A stretch of 64,000 nt of DNA, taken from Antechinus flavipes. Lineage: Eukaryota. The position numbers were made by a program, and so were the translations under genes. Position 1 is the stretch's first letter. Every line of letters starts with the position of its first letter. Below are positions 23,961 to 36,789 of this stretch, piece after piece. Location of the stretch: the NCBI RefSeq assembly GCF_016432865.1, contig NC_067398.1, positions 91,450,001 to 91,514,000 on the forward strand, read 5' to 3'. Below the pieces are notes generated by a model. That model was not told the origin of the DNA and did not search any database. It was given only the letters and a program-made list of their open reading frames with translations.

Positions 23961-26900
23961 CTGGCTGATAAAGCCAGAATAGTCAAAGTAAAAAGTAAAG
24001 TACTCATTATTATCATCAGAGAAAACTTGAAGGAGGCACATCTTAAATCAAATCTTGAAGTAAAAGGTGGACATGCATTGGCAGAAAAAAAGATGTTTGT
24101 TCTGAAAAGAAAGAATAGCACAAGATGAAAGCTGATTCATTTGCTCATTCAGATTCTACTACACAAAAACAAAAACAACTGCAGGAAGCTTCTGTAGCTA
24201 ATTGCAATGATTCCAATATCCTCATACTGTCATTTCAATTCAATTCAATAGACTTTTATTAAATATTCTCCTTAAGTGAAAAAACATGCACTGTTTTCTT
24301 GAAGAAAAAATAAATAAAGACAGTATAGACTCTGATTTCTGGAAGCTTATACTTTAATGACTGGAGAGAATGATCTAATGAAAAGTGCTATGAGAAATTT
24401 GAGAAAATTTAAGTGTAAGAGGAGTCAGGAAAGCTTTCAACAGAATAATGGTAGCATCTGAATGGGTCCTCCATAATTGGGTACGAGTCTAATTAATCCA
24501 AATTTATCTTCCACTGTTTTCCAATACAAATTCCATTCCCTGACAACAGAGAGACAGATAGACAAAGATGGAGAGAAAGAGACAAACATGAGAGAAATAG
24601 AGAGTCAGATGGGACAGACAAAGAAACAGACAGAGACAGAGGGAGAAGAGAGACAGAGACAGAAGAGAGACCCAGAGACTATAAATTGTGTTGTCTGAGT
24701 TAATTTCCTGTTTAAGGAATTCCTTATAAAAAATTAAAACCCAAGTTTTTAGAGGAGGATAGTGGCTAACCCTGCTAGAATTCAGAAAGACTGGAATGAT
24801 TTGTAGATTTGTATGTCATTTTACTTTATGATACTCCCTTTCTTGACAAGATTTCCTTGAAAAGATTTGAAGTCTCCCTCTGAAAAAGTCACTCCCTCTG
24901 CCCCCTCAGAAGTCATTTCTCTATATTTTTTTTATTTCTCTTTCTTTGAATACATAGAAATGTACTTTCAGCACCTCATGACCTTCAAGAAACCTCAAAT
25001 TCATGATTTTCCAATTTTTAGAATCTAAAACTGGAAAGGACTTCAAGTATCATTTTATCTACCCCTGTCATTTTACACCTGAGTAAAGTTTATGCACAAG
25101 CCAACCCAATTGAGTTAAAATTAGAAGTAGGAAATTGGATTTAAAACATCTTTGTAGTAATTTCTCTGATAAAGATCTCATTCCTATGATATACAAAATT
25201 CAGATACATAGGAGAAACAGAGAAGGAAGGGAAGAAATTCGCTTCATATTGTCCAGGTACTCAGTCACAGAGCCAAGCTAATTCCCAGCTGTTCTGATTC
25301 TAAACTGCTTCTTTGGCTTCAGTTACCCAAAGGTTCTGGGTCTGCCAGCTGTGGCCTGAGAGTCTTAACCTTCATAAAGTTAAAAAGGACAACAAACAAC
25401 ACTTTCCCTCTGTCCGTCAACACGACATGCCGCTGGCTGACTACTTGGCTTCTCCACATGGATGCTGCTCATTGTGATGTCACCACAACACGTCCAGCTT
25501 ATGAAATTGGCTAGAGATAGGCCTGCTAAAGCCAACAAAATAAGCAGGATTGATTAGAAAAGTGACATCACCCTGAGCCTGGCAAGGGAATGCGAACATT
25601 GAAGACGCAGACAGAGTCAGACTAGGTTGTTTACATCAAAGAAAAGGATCCTAAAGGGAAACATGTATTTTTTTTTAAATCTTTCATCCTTAGCAGTAGC
25701 TGGCATCTCTCATTCTTCCATTCTTGGATGGGTCATACAGTGGCCTTTGAAAACAGGAGATTCCTTGCAGCCCTAATATTCCCGAGATTGTTCCCGGCCC
25801 CCTTGCCCCTTCCCACTAAGGGCAATCCAATATTCACTGGCTGGAAATTATCTCCTCCAAAGAAAACCAGGTATAACTAACCCCTCCACCTTTATTCATA
25901 GCCCAAGGGATAAATCAGCCCAGAGATGCCTTTAGTTCCTCAAGATGAGCATCGACTCACACATACACAATCTTCCCAAGCACCCAACATAGTTGGAACC
26001 AAAATCAGGTTTCGGAAAACACTTACTCATATTCTAACCACTCCCTGGAAATATCATCAATGATAAATCATATCTTTCAGTTATCTGGGTGATCATCTAG
26101 GTCAGCCAAAATGCTCTTTCTTTTGTGATGACTTCTCTCAAAATTTGAAATAGTTCATGCACCCCTTTAAAACCAGTTTCCCCAACTTGTTTAAATGGCC
26201 TCTTGACAATGTGTTTATGATTTCCACATTTTTAATAGGTCCTCTTCAAAATCTGATCTTTAATTTAATTCTTGAGCTTTAACTTTGTTTGCCTTCCTCT
26301 TTTTTTTTTTTTTTAATAATGACCTCGATTTTCTGAACTCATTTTTTATTATGTATCATAATGTGACGAAAAAGAAGTAATCCAGGGGTGAAGTTTGATG
26401 GCATGGGGTTAATTTTAAATCAGAGGCTAAAAGAAGGATGCAATAATGGTAAGAATATTGGGCTAAGATGGCAGGTAAGCAGAATTTTGCATGGGACCTT
26501 CAGCAAATTAAAGATAAGGTACCATTATACACATGCATATATACAAAAGATATTGATCTGAGAGGTCAATTAGACAACTTGCTAGTTAGTAATATAAAAT
26601 CATAAGAGTATAGGATTTAGAATTTGAAATAGAAATCATCTTGTTCAAATTTCCTTATTTTATAGAAAAAAATTAGTTTAAAGGAGGTTAACTTTATTCA
26701 GATTAGAATCCAGTTTTTCTCATTATAAACCCAAGAAATAATATCTTCTTTATGAAGATATTATATTATTATAAGTATGTGTTGTGATCAGCACCCATTT
26801 CCAAATGTGTTGATTAGAATGCTTTGTTGGTTTAGTCAATCAACACACATTTAATGAATGTCTACCACCTCCAATATAATTTTAGACTACAAGTCTTTGT

Positions 26901-27074
26901 CTTTGGGGCAGATTCTAGCCTTTCCCTTGGAGGAAAACATATGTCAGGAGCAACATGCTCTATTTTTTCCCTCTACACTTTTAGTGATTGTCTTAAAGAG
27001 CAAAAGCTATATTATTAATTTGAATAAGCTGAAAAAAATAGGAGTGCTTTTAAAAAAAAAAAAGATATTTTAAT

Positions 27075-27660
27075 TGGGAAACACGTTGCAAAAGGTAAGA
27101 GTCTGGCAAAAACTTAAGACATTATCTCACACTATACATACCAAGATAAGATTCAAATGGATGCATGATTTTAACATAAGGGTTGTCATTATAAATAAAT
27201 TAAAGGAATACAAAAGAAATTATTTGTCAAATCTATTAATAGGGGAAGAATTTATGTCCAAACAAGAAACAGAGAGATTCATAGCACATAAACTAGACAA
27301 TTTCCATTATAAAAGTTTATGCACAAGCAACCTATTCATTTAAATTTAGAAGTAGGAAACTGAGTTTAAAAAAAAATTGTAGCAAGTTTCTCTGATAAAG
27401 CTTTAATTTCTAAGATATGTAAGGAAAGAATTCAAATTTATAAGAATAAGAGTCATTCTTCCAGTTAGTCAAAAACATGAATAGGCAGAAGAAGAAATCA
27501 CAGGAAAAAAGGCAAACTATCAATAACTATATGAGAAAATACTCTAAAACCCTCAAATTATAGAAATGCAAAATAAAACAACTTCAATTCTTATACCCAT
27601 TATATTGACAAAATTGGAGGGAAAGGAAAATAGCAAATGTTGGAGAGGCTATAGATAAAT
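27075..27660 (+). mobile_element. Decayed L1 ORF2 fragment
   Basis: CATTATCTCACACTATACATACCAAGATAAGATTCAAATGGATGCATGATTT...AGAAATGCAAAATAAAACAAC...GCAAATGTTGGAGAGG. Confidence 0.8.
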
Positions 27661-28562
27661 TCACTGCCTTTGGCGTCCCTCTTATTCTCTGGAGAGAGAA
27701 GATATTAGAAAACACACATGCACACATATATCCTTCATCTTTCTATGAGGTACAGACTAAAGAACTGAAAGAAGATAACAAATACTAACTAATTTATTTG
27801 GGGGGTTTTTTGTTTATTTATTTGTTTCTTTTTATGATATTAGAGCTGAGACCTTTTAGCATCTTTTCATTTGTAAATAAAGGCATTCTATAATTTAAGC
27901 CTTGTGAGTCCACAATAAATACAACTTATAAATATATATAACTTATAAATATAACTGGTGGTTACTCTATAAATAGTTCTAGGAGGAGACTAGCCAGAGA
28001 GGTAAGAGATCCCCAAAGTGTACCTGGAGCTTTAATATCAAAAAAAAAGAGCCTTTAGCAGAAGAGTTATATACTATGCTAAAAGAGCAAAAGCTTTTTA
28101 ACCCTCTATACACCACTGTGGACCAATTTATCTCACTGTAGCCTACATTCAGCTTAAAGGAAAATGGGCCAAGATTGCAAATTTTAAAAGTCTTGAGATC
28201 ACAAAAGAAGTCAGGGTTGGGACAAGTCTGGAATTTATACTCAATAACATATCACTTTATATAAGGAAACTTATGTAACCCACCTCTAGAGAAGTTAAGT
28301 GATTTCTTAGTAAATGATATAGATTTGAACTCAGGTCTTCTGACTTTAAATGCAAGACTTTTTTTTTTTTTTAAACTGCACTATTCAACCTTACCAATGC
28401 ATTGTTTTGTTTTAGAAATATCTAATGTTGTAATTCACCAATTAAGGAAAAAATTTAGATTGCAGGAGAGATGTTTTCCCTAGAGCACTGGTTGCCAAGC
28501 AATGCTATTGATTAGGACTAAGGAACCCTAAAATCATGGCTTTGATTTCTTGACCTGAATAT

Positions 28563-28662
28563 TACTGTTGGGGGATGGGGAGGTGCAGCTAGGTGGTGCA
28601 GTAGATAGAGCACCAGTCTTGAATTCAGGAAGACCTGAGTTCAAATCTAGTCCCAGACACTT
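28563..28662 (+). repeat. Tandem copy of target site plus 5' ~80 bp of WSINE1
   Basis: Near-identical to 28670-28769 (period 107 bp). Confidence 0.9.
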
Positions 28663-28679
28663 TGAAAAGTACTGTTGGG

Positions 28680-28819
28680 GGATGGGGAGGTGCAGCTAGG
28701 TGGTGCAGTGGATAGAGCACTAGTCTTGAATTCAGGAAGACCTGAGTTCAAATCTAGTCCCAGACACTTAACACTTCCTAGCTGTGTGATCCTGAGCAAC
28801 TCACTTAACTCCAATTGCC

Positions 28820-28906
<87 letters not shown>

Positions 28907-28913
28907 AAGTACA
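28680..28913 (+). mobile_element. WSINE1-type SINE with (GA)n tail and 16-bp TSD
   Basis: TSD GAAAAGTACTGTTGGG at 28664-28679 and 28914-28929; tail is a long near-pure (GA)n array (~28811-28902). Confidence 0.9.
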
Positions 28914-28924
28914 GAAAAGTACTG

Positions 28925-29500
28925 TTGGGAATGGCTGACCAAGTTGTGGTATCTGAATGTAATGGACTACTGTTCTTTTATAAGAAAGTATATGATTAGC
29001 CTGAAAAGCCTGGAAAAGCCTGGGAAGATTTACATGAACTGATGCTGAGTGAAGTGAGCAGAACCAAGAGAACACTATACACAGTTATCAGCAACATTAT
29101 ACGATGATAACTATGATAAATTTAGCTCTTCTCAGCAATGCAGTGATCCAAGACAATTAAGGGACTCATGATCAAAAATGCTGACCATAGCCAAAGAAAT
29201 GTGGAGTCTGAATTCAGATAGAAGCTTATATTTTCACTTTTGTTGTGGTGATGGTTGTTTTGTTTTGTTTTTCTTTCTGGTGTTTTTTCCTCCTTTTGTT
29301 CTGTCTTCTTTTATAACATTACTAATGTGGAAATATGTTTAAGATGATTATACTTGTGTAACCCATATCAGATTGCCTGCTATCTTGAGGAGGGAGGAGG
29401 GAAGGAAAAAATTTGGAACTCAAAATCTTAAAAAAATGAATTTTGAAAACTATCTTTACATGTAATTGGGAAAAAGTAAAATACTATTAAGCAAAAAAGT
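28925..29500 (+). mobile_element. L1 3' fragment
   Basis: GAATGGCTGACCAAGTTGTGGTAT...GAAGTGAGCAGAACCAAGAGAAC...AAAATTTGGAACTCAAAATC. Confidence 0.85.
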
Positions 29501-29639
29501 TGGAGGGGGAAGTATTTTTCAATGTTATTTTTTTCTGGGATAAATTAAAACTCATTTGGAAAGAAAGGGATGAGGTATTTTGTTTTGTTATTGGGAAATT
29601 TTCAATACATTTCTTAAGATCAACTTCAGCACAAGGGAA

Positions 29640-30095
29640 ATCAACAGTCAAGAGAACTTATACACAGTAACAACTGTGATGGTCCCTGGCTCTTTTCAAC
29701 AATGAGGTGATCAAGACAATTCCAATAGACTTGGGATGGAAAGTACCATCCACATCGAAAGAGAGAACTATGGAGACTGAATGTGCATCATAGCATCATA
29801 TTTTCACCTTGTGTTTTTTTGTTTGTTTGTTTGCTTATTTACTTGTGTTTTTTTTTCTTTCTTGTATTATTTTCCCTTTTTAACTGATTTTTTTTTTTTT
29901 GCACAGCATGATGAATAAGGAAATATGTTTAGAAGAATTGCACATTTTTAATCTATATTGGTGCTTGCTGTCTTAGGCAGAGGGAAAGAGGAGGAAAGGG
30001 AGAAAATTTTGAAACACAAGTTTTTACAAAGGTGAATGTTGAAAATTATCTTTGCATGTATTTGGTAAAATAAAATACTAATAAAATAAAAAATT
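29640..30095 (+). mobile_element. L1 3'UTR fragment
   Basis: CAATTCCAATAGACTTGGGATGGAAA...GAGAACTATGGAGACTGAATG...TTTGCATGTATTTGG. Confidence 0.85.
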
Positions 30096-31412
30096 TTTAA
30101 AGATCAACTTAAGCACAATCTTCTACATGAAGCCATCCCTAATCCTTCAATTATTAGTGATCTCTCTCCTTAACTAGCTTATATTTAGGTACCTTTTATT
30201 ATTCAGTATATATATTTTTTGTAAATACATATCATCATCCCTAATGGAATGAAAACTCCTCTCAAACAGAAGCTACTTCATTTTTTTTCCTTTTTATTCC
30301 CTGTACCTATCATTATACCTGGCACATAGTAAGAGCTTAACAAAAACTTGATGTACTAATTAGTCACTGAAGAGGTCCTAGGATATCTGTTAAATAAATT
30401 TGGTATATATGCAAGGTATGATTCTTGGATGGTATGAATGAATTTAATTTGTGACCAAGACTACCGGTTGTAGAGAAGAGCAATTCTTGTACTCCATAAA
30501 CAGTAGCTGGGGATTTGGGGAAAGAGGAAGAGCTGGCAGACCTCAGGAGCATCTCAAGTCTGGAAATCTCCAAAAAAAGGATACCAGGCTATGATTATAT
30601 GGGTCCCTCAAATATCTCTAACCTTGCGATATGGTTCTGAGCTCTAAAATAAGGGCTTCTGCTTAAGAAGAAAGGTAACCTTTAGTTTATCAATACACCT
30701 AGTAGATCTTTTCCATCAAACCCTAGTCATGCAAAATACCATCTCAATTGCACATGTTTGACATATATTTGATTACTTGAAGTCTAGGGGAGAGGTGGGG
30801 GAAAAGAAGGGAGAAAATCAATTTGGAATGCAAGGTTTTGCAAAGGTGAATGTCTTTATGCATATGTTTTAAAAATAAAAACTTTATAAAAATGAAAGCA
30901 TCTATGCAAGAGAATCATGTAAATATTTCTTCAAAATCAATAAAGACTCATACATTTTAATTTTTAAAAAATACCATCTTAAATAAGGAATCATGGGGAA
31001 AAACTCATTTTTCCAACCTAATAGTGAACAGAAATAAAAGTTGGTCAAAGTAGAATAGAGAGCAAGAACACTGGCAATTAGAAGAGATCCCATTATATTA
31101 CTTTCTAGTTTCAAGTAAAGTCAGAGACATGATAGAGCTAGCTTCCCCTACTTTTGGATATATGTATATATATCAGAAATCCAGATTTGGGGAAAATACC
31201 TATTAAGAGAAAATGGAGGAATCAGGACAATGGGGAGCTGACCTTTAAACATTCCTTTCAAGTCTTGTCTTTAGCCATTCTCAGAATGGTTGTTGTCTAC
31301 AGATCACTGTGAGGATTAGAGCAGCAGAATCCCCTTCCAATTAGGTCTAGATCCAGGAAGGAAGATGAGGTTACAAAGTTTACTTCTGGACCCCCAAAGA
31401 AGTCTGCTTGTC

Positions 31413-31690
31413 CTTTTATTATATCCTTGAAATAATGGGCCTTCACAGGGAGAAGACTCCTGTCTCCTGATTACCCTACACTTTAGTAGCCTCTGAAATC
31501 TCCTCTGGAGTTGCATGAGCAGTAATAGTTCATGTAAATGCTGGTTTGTTCAGTGGGGGTTTATGTATCTGCATTTATCTGGTTGACATGTATGAAGTCT
31601 GGCATTCCAGTGAGCCAGAGCAGGGAGGGGAAGGGGGCAACCCCTTGCCTTTTATTATACCCCTGTCCTGAATTCATTAAATAGCAAACA
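31413..31690 (-). promoter_or_regulatory. Candidate TATA promoter / first exon (minus strand)
   Basis: TATAATAAAAG twice (31649-31659 and 31413-31423), FOX-type TGTTTGC (31684-31690), ATG at 31516 with AGG|GTAATC donor at 31475/31474, in repeat-free sequence. Confidence 0.25.
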
Positions 31691-32557
31691 GATTTGAAAT
31701 GCCCCTTTTGTATTTATTTAGACCCTACTTCCAGAGCTCTGCTGGAGAAAATAGGTTGTTAGGAAGGCAGAGATGAAACCTTTTAGGAAAGAATGTGATA
31801 ATGTTGTTCTATTTTAATACAGCTTTTATATTAGCAGAGTGCAGACTTTAGAATCTCAAAAACATGAAAATGGGGAAAAAAATGACCTGCCTTCAAAAAT
31901 CACTTTCTTTGCAAGACACAAGCAAATAATCTAAAGGCAGTAAACAGAATAGCCAGATAAAGAGGTTGGGATGATAGTTCACATTTATATATCCTTTTAA
32001 GTTTTGCAAAGCCCTTTACATGGATTATTTCATTTATTCTTCACCATAACTTTGCTTAAAGGAACTGTTATTAACCCCATTTTAAAGCTGAGAAAATTGA
32101 GACAGGCAGAGGTTAAGTGCCTGAGTATGAGCTAAATCCAAACCTGCCTGACTTCTGAAACATTTTACTTTGACATGGTACAATGGAAAAAGAATGATTT
32201 GGAAATCTGGGGCTTTTAGTTCAAATCTAGACTCTGCCACTAACTACCTAAGTAACCTTAAGTAAATAATTTTCTCTTTCTGGATCTCATTTTCCTCATA
32301 TGTAAAATGAAGGGTTGAATTAGATTATCACTATAATCCATTCCAATTCTAAATTTATGATCCACTATTCAGGGCTGGTGCTTCTAATGCCTGGATTTTA
32401 TTCATTCACTTTCATTCCTTCAAATATTTCTTGACTACTTCCTGCAGGCACTGGTTATAGGTGCAAGTACCAGAGGTTGAAAGCCAAAGTTAATAAGGTA
32501 TGGTATCTGTCCTCAAAGAGTTGACAGTCAAGAAAGGGAAAGCCCTTTCTTTGAGGC

Positions 32558-32790
32558 AGCTGGGTATCACAGTAGATAGAACACTAGTGCCAGCGTCAGG
32601 AAAATCTGAATTTAAATCTGACCTCAGACACTAACTTGTCAACGACTCCAAGCAAGTCACTTAACCCTGTTTGCCTTGGTTTCCTTCTCTGTTAAAAGAA
32701 GGAAATGGTAAACTACTCTAGGATCTTTGCCAAGAAACTTCCAAATGGCAGTCACAAAAAGTTGGACACAATCATAAAATGATCAAATAA
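32558..32790 (+). mobile_element. MAR1-type core-SINE
   Basis: GGCAGCTGGGTATCACAGTAGATAGAACAC...CAAGTCACTTAACCCTGTTTGCC...TCTTTGCCAAGAAA. Confidence 0.85.
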
Positions 32791-33663
32791 CAAAAACAAT
32801 CTAATCTAAAAGAAAGTAATAGGACAAGTACATGAATCACTTCCATAGATCTGTCATCTATGTGAGTGGCAGCCCATAGACACCTTACAGCCCTATGTTA
32901 TATCTTTCCATAATTCCTCCATAGGACTAATCCTATGTAGTAGAAACATTCTTCTGATTTTTTTTTTTTTTTTTTGCTATATTATGGGTTCTGGTGCAGC
33001 ATTTAAGCAGTTCTGTTATCTCATCTTGCTGCATAAGAAATCTACTTATTTATAATCGTAAATAGCATTAATGGTGTATTTTAGACAGCTTCAAGAAGTC
33101 CACTGTAAGTAAAATGTTATATAGTCTCCTCCTTATCATTGTCTTTTGAGTCACCTGGATTTGGATTCCCTTAAAATGGGGTTCCCACATTTGCAGTTAC
33201 TTAGCACTATTGGAGTTATAAAGATGAATTTTTGTGGCAGTAAACTATTTGAAAGTACTGATTGATGAGATCTTGAATTGCTTTCTCTTCCTATTTAATT
33301 CTAGTGTATATAATTGTATATAAGTGAGTGAGCTTATAAGTTTGTATCAATCTTGGTCAAATCCTGGAAACTGGATAATATGTTGGGTTATAATTAAATA
33401 GATGGAGAGCAACAGAGTGGATTGCTTTAGTGAAAATACAAAGTTACTTTCATGAACCCAAATGTTTCCCTTAACAAAGGCCTAGGTGTTTAATACCAAT
33501 ATTCTACCAGTATTATTATACAGTTGTGAGTCATGGAATCAGTCAATCAATTAATAAACAAGCACTTATTAATACTATGTGCTGAGCACAGTGCTCAGCC
33601 CTGGGGTTCAATGAAAAGACAATCACTGGCTTCTAAGAGTTTACATTTTAACTGGGAAGACAT

Positions 33664-33664
<1 letters not shown>

Positions 33665-33703
<39 letters not shown>
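33665..33703 (+). repeat. (CA)n microsatellite
   Basis: Pure CA run of ~18 units. Confidence 0.95.
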
Positions 33704-33707
<4 letters not shown>

Positions 33708-33868
33708 TTATAAATCGTTACAAGATACATATATTGAGAAATGCCCCCATAGTTGGCTCATGCAGTGGTCTCTCTTTCTTTGTCTCTTACTCTCTTTATC
33801 TCTATCTCACTGATTTCTTATTTTCTTTCTCTGTGTCTCTCCATCTTTGTTTCTCTGTTTCTCTCCAT

Positions 33869-34028
33869 NNNNNNNNNNNNNNNNNNNNNNNNNNNNNNNN
33901 NNNNNNNNNNNNNNNNNNNNNNNNNNNNNNNNNNNNNNNNNNNNNNNNNNNNNNNNNNNNNNNNNNNNNNNNNNNNNNNNNNNNNNNNNNNNNNNNNNNN
34001 NNNNNNNNNNNNNNNNNNNNNNNNNNNN
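33869..34028. other. Assembly gap (160 N)
   Basis: Run of N with a TC-rich low-complexity left flank. Confidence 0.99.
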
Positions 34029-34564
34029 GGAGTTCAAATTCTACCTTTCTTAGTTATGTGACAAGAAATAAGTCATTTGGCCCAGTAAAGCCTCAGTTTC
34101 TTCATCTGTAAATGGGAATAATAATTCCTGAAGTCATTACCTCATAGGTATGTTATGAGAATCAAATGAGTTAATATACATAATGTGATATATTAATGTC
34201 AGTTATTATTGTTATCTTTTACTTTCCCTCCCTGCCCCTCATCCCACACAACAAATCAGTTGCCAATTCCTTTCATTTCTACCTCTACAATATCTCTTAC
34301 ATCTGGTCCCTCCTCTCTTCTTTTACAAACAACCACACTAGGTGATACTCTCCCAGTTTCTCATTTAAACTATTATGATAACCTTCTAAGGGAATCTTAG
34401 CACAAGTCTGTGCTCCCCACTAGTTTAGGATCCTAATGCAAGACCATGATGAGTCGGTGGATGAATAAAAAAGCTTTTATTAAGCATTTCGAGTCAAGAT
34501 TATGCAGTTTCAGAGATACAAACAGAAAAGTAAGATAGTTCCTGACCTCAAGAAGTGTGCATAT

Positions 34565-34800
34565 GCACTCTCTGTCTCTGTCTCTCTCTCTCTTCTACTG
34601 TCTCTTTCTCTGTCTCTCTCACTTTTTCTCTGTGCCTCTATTTCTCTTTTTTTCTCCTCTATCTCTCTTTATCTCTCATAGTCTTTCTGTATGTCTCTCT
34701 GCCTGTCTTTCTTTGTCTCTCACTATCTCTGTCAGTCTCTCATTGTCTTTCTTTCTGTCTCTGTCTCTATTTCTCTCTCCCCCTCTCCATTTCCCTTTTC
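34565..34800 (+). repeat. TC-rich low-complexity tract
   Basis: Degenerate (TC/TCTG)n; source of spurious ORFs 34555..34887 and 34557..34910. Confidence 0.9.
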
Positions 34801-36118
34801 ACTTTTTTCTCATGGTACATTGCTGTTCTATTGTGGCTAATCATTGTACTCCAAAACCTTTATTCATTTTTCATTTTATATGTATAGTGGGGGGGGGGGG
34901 TGGCTTTTAGAGCCAGAGAGCTAAGATTCAAGACCCATTTCTGCAATCATATATTGCTATAACTTTGGATAATTCACAATCTCTGTAGACCTCTATTTTC
35001 TCTATGACCCAAAGTTTTAAACTCCTAATTCTGCCATTCAAAAGCCTCTGCAATATTATAGGCCTGATTTACCTGAGTGCCTTATACTATATGATTCTCC
35101 AATACATATTCTACATAGGCACAATGTATTTCTCTATGTTCCCCATTTTTTGCTCTTTCCAGTTTCTATGCTTTTGCTAATGCAATGCTTCATTCCTGTA
35201 AAGCATTTCCTTTCCCCAATCCTCATCTCTTGAAGACTTTTCCTTCCTTCAAGCCATAAAATAGATACCAGCTTTCCTCACCACCTCCACCACACTCCAA
35301 GGTGAATGTGATTGTCATCTTCAACTCTCTTGTAGTTCACCTTTGTCCGGTTTCCAATCTATCTCAAATGGTATTTATTTGTGTTTTCCTTGAATTCTCT
35401 CTTCTTATTTGAGAGCAAACTTCTTGAAAGTAGGGATCGTGTGATTTTTCCACCTTTTCATCACAGTATGGAATGCTTGAAATTTATTGCATTGAACTGA
35501 ATAAAGGAACAAACTGAGAAAGTGTAAATAACTTGCCTGAGGTAAGAATTGTACTTTGTGTCGGTGCCAGAACTATAGATTTAAAGCTGGAAGAAACTTT
35601 AGAGGTCATCTAGTTTAATCATCTCATTTTACAAAAGAGAGAATTGAGGTACAGAGAAGGAAAGTAGATTGGTTAAGTGAGGGTAGGACTTGTTATTGAA
35701 AAAGTAATTATGACTCAACTATTGAACCCCTCAAAAAAAAAAGGGAAAATGACTTGGAATAATCAATAAATGTCCTATAGATCTTGTGTGGGGGGTATAA
35801 ACCAATGTAAAGAAATTCAAAGGATGAAAGGTCACTAAGTGGCAGTGGCTAAGGGATAGTCTAGAAGAAGCAATAGGAACAAAGAATATATTTACTCTTT
35901 TTTTCTGGCCTAGTGTATTGTGGGAGAAAAGAGGCATTGGAGGATGTAGAAAGGGCTTTCAAGAATGTTCTATCTTCCTGCAGAAAGTCAGATTTTAGCT
36001 GAAACTTAAAAGAAGCCAAGGAAGTCAGCATTAGGAGCAGAGGAGGGAGAGCATCTAGGAGGACATCTAGAGAAAATGACCAAATCTGAAAGATAGAGAG
36101 TCTTCTTCCCAGAACAAC

Positions 36119-36581
36119 TGATGTGGGAAAGATTCCTTTCTAGATTCCCATCTTCTCCTAGTTAATAATGTAAATTGCCCTTTAACTCACAAATCCTGGT
36201 GCCTTTGAATTCCAATAGAAGATCTGGACCTGTCCCAGCCCCACCCGAATCTGAGCCAACTTTGGAGTTATACCCAAAAGCCCCTCGAGCTAAGTCTCCT
36301 ATTATAAAAAGGCCACGCTGGGAACCCCTCTTTGCAGAGATTCCAAACATGGCTACCATGTGAGGACCCTCTGTCCACTGGACCCTCTGTCCAGTGCCCT
36401 CCTTATCTCTATCTTCACCTAATAATAAACCTCTTTTATCAATCTAGCTCTCCGGGCCAATAAATGCTTTTATTGGGAACTCGCGCCGCTACTAGACCCC
36501 CTTGCGCCGAATCTGTACCCCAAACCTGCCACTAGACTTAACCCTAATTTCATTTAGGTACCCCAAATCTAGACCTCAACA
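36119..36581 (+). mobile_element. Solo LTR (ERV1-like), 463 bp
   Basis: TG...CA termini, 4-bp TSD CAAC (36115-36118 / 36582-36585), TATAAAAA 36303-36310, AATAAA 36424 and 36459, retained CpGs; interrupts an antisense L2. Confidence 0.88.
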
Positions 36582-36789
36582 CAACCAGGAGGAATAGAAT
36601 AGTACATTTTGGGAGTAAGGTATAAAAAGCATGCTAGGGCTTAAAAAACTTAATGGAGAGGACTTTAGGCAAGCATTTATGTTGCTTTATTTTTATTTGT
36701 ACTTTTATTTATTTATTTATATTCCCATCTTAGCCAAAATTTTATCACAATGGTTTCCAGCTCAGTTTGATTTGATTATTAATTCTTGA

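Noticed and set aside
25085-27420. Apparent direct repeat between 25085-25195 and 27312-27420
   Set aside because: Both are the same region of L1 ORF2 from independent old insertions, not a segmental duplication.
28647-29075. ORFs with (ER)n/(SL)n
   Set aside because: SINE plus (GA)n plus L1 translation.
33085-33104. 20-nt micro-exon candidate with GTAAGT donor (similar cases at 9515-9541 and ~26424-26474)
   Set aside because: GTAAGT/GTAAGC hexamers are expected many times by chance in 64 kb; acceptors are modest and there is no peptide support.
33533-34111. ORFs of up to 192 aa spanning X residues
   Set aside because: They read through the N gap.
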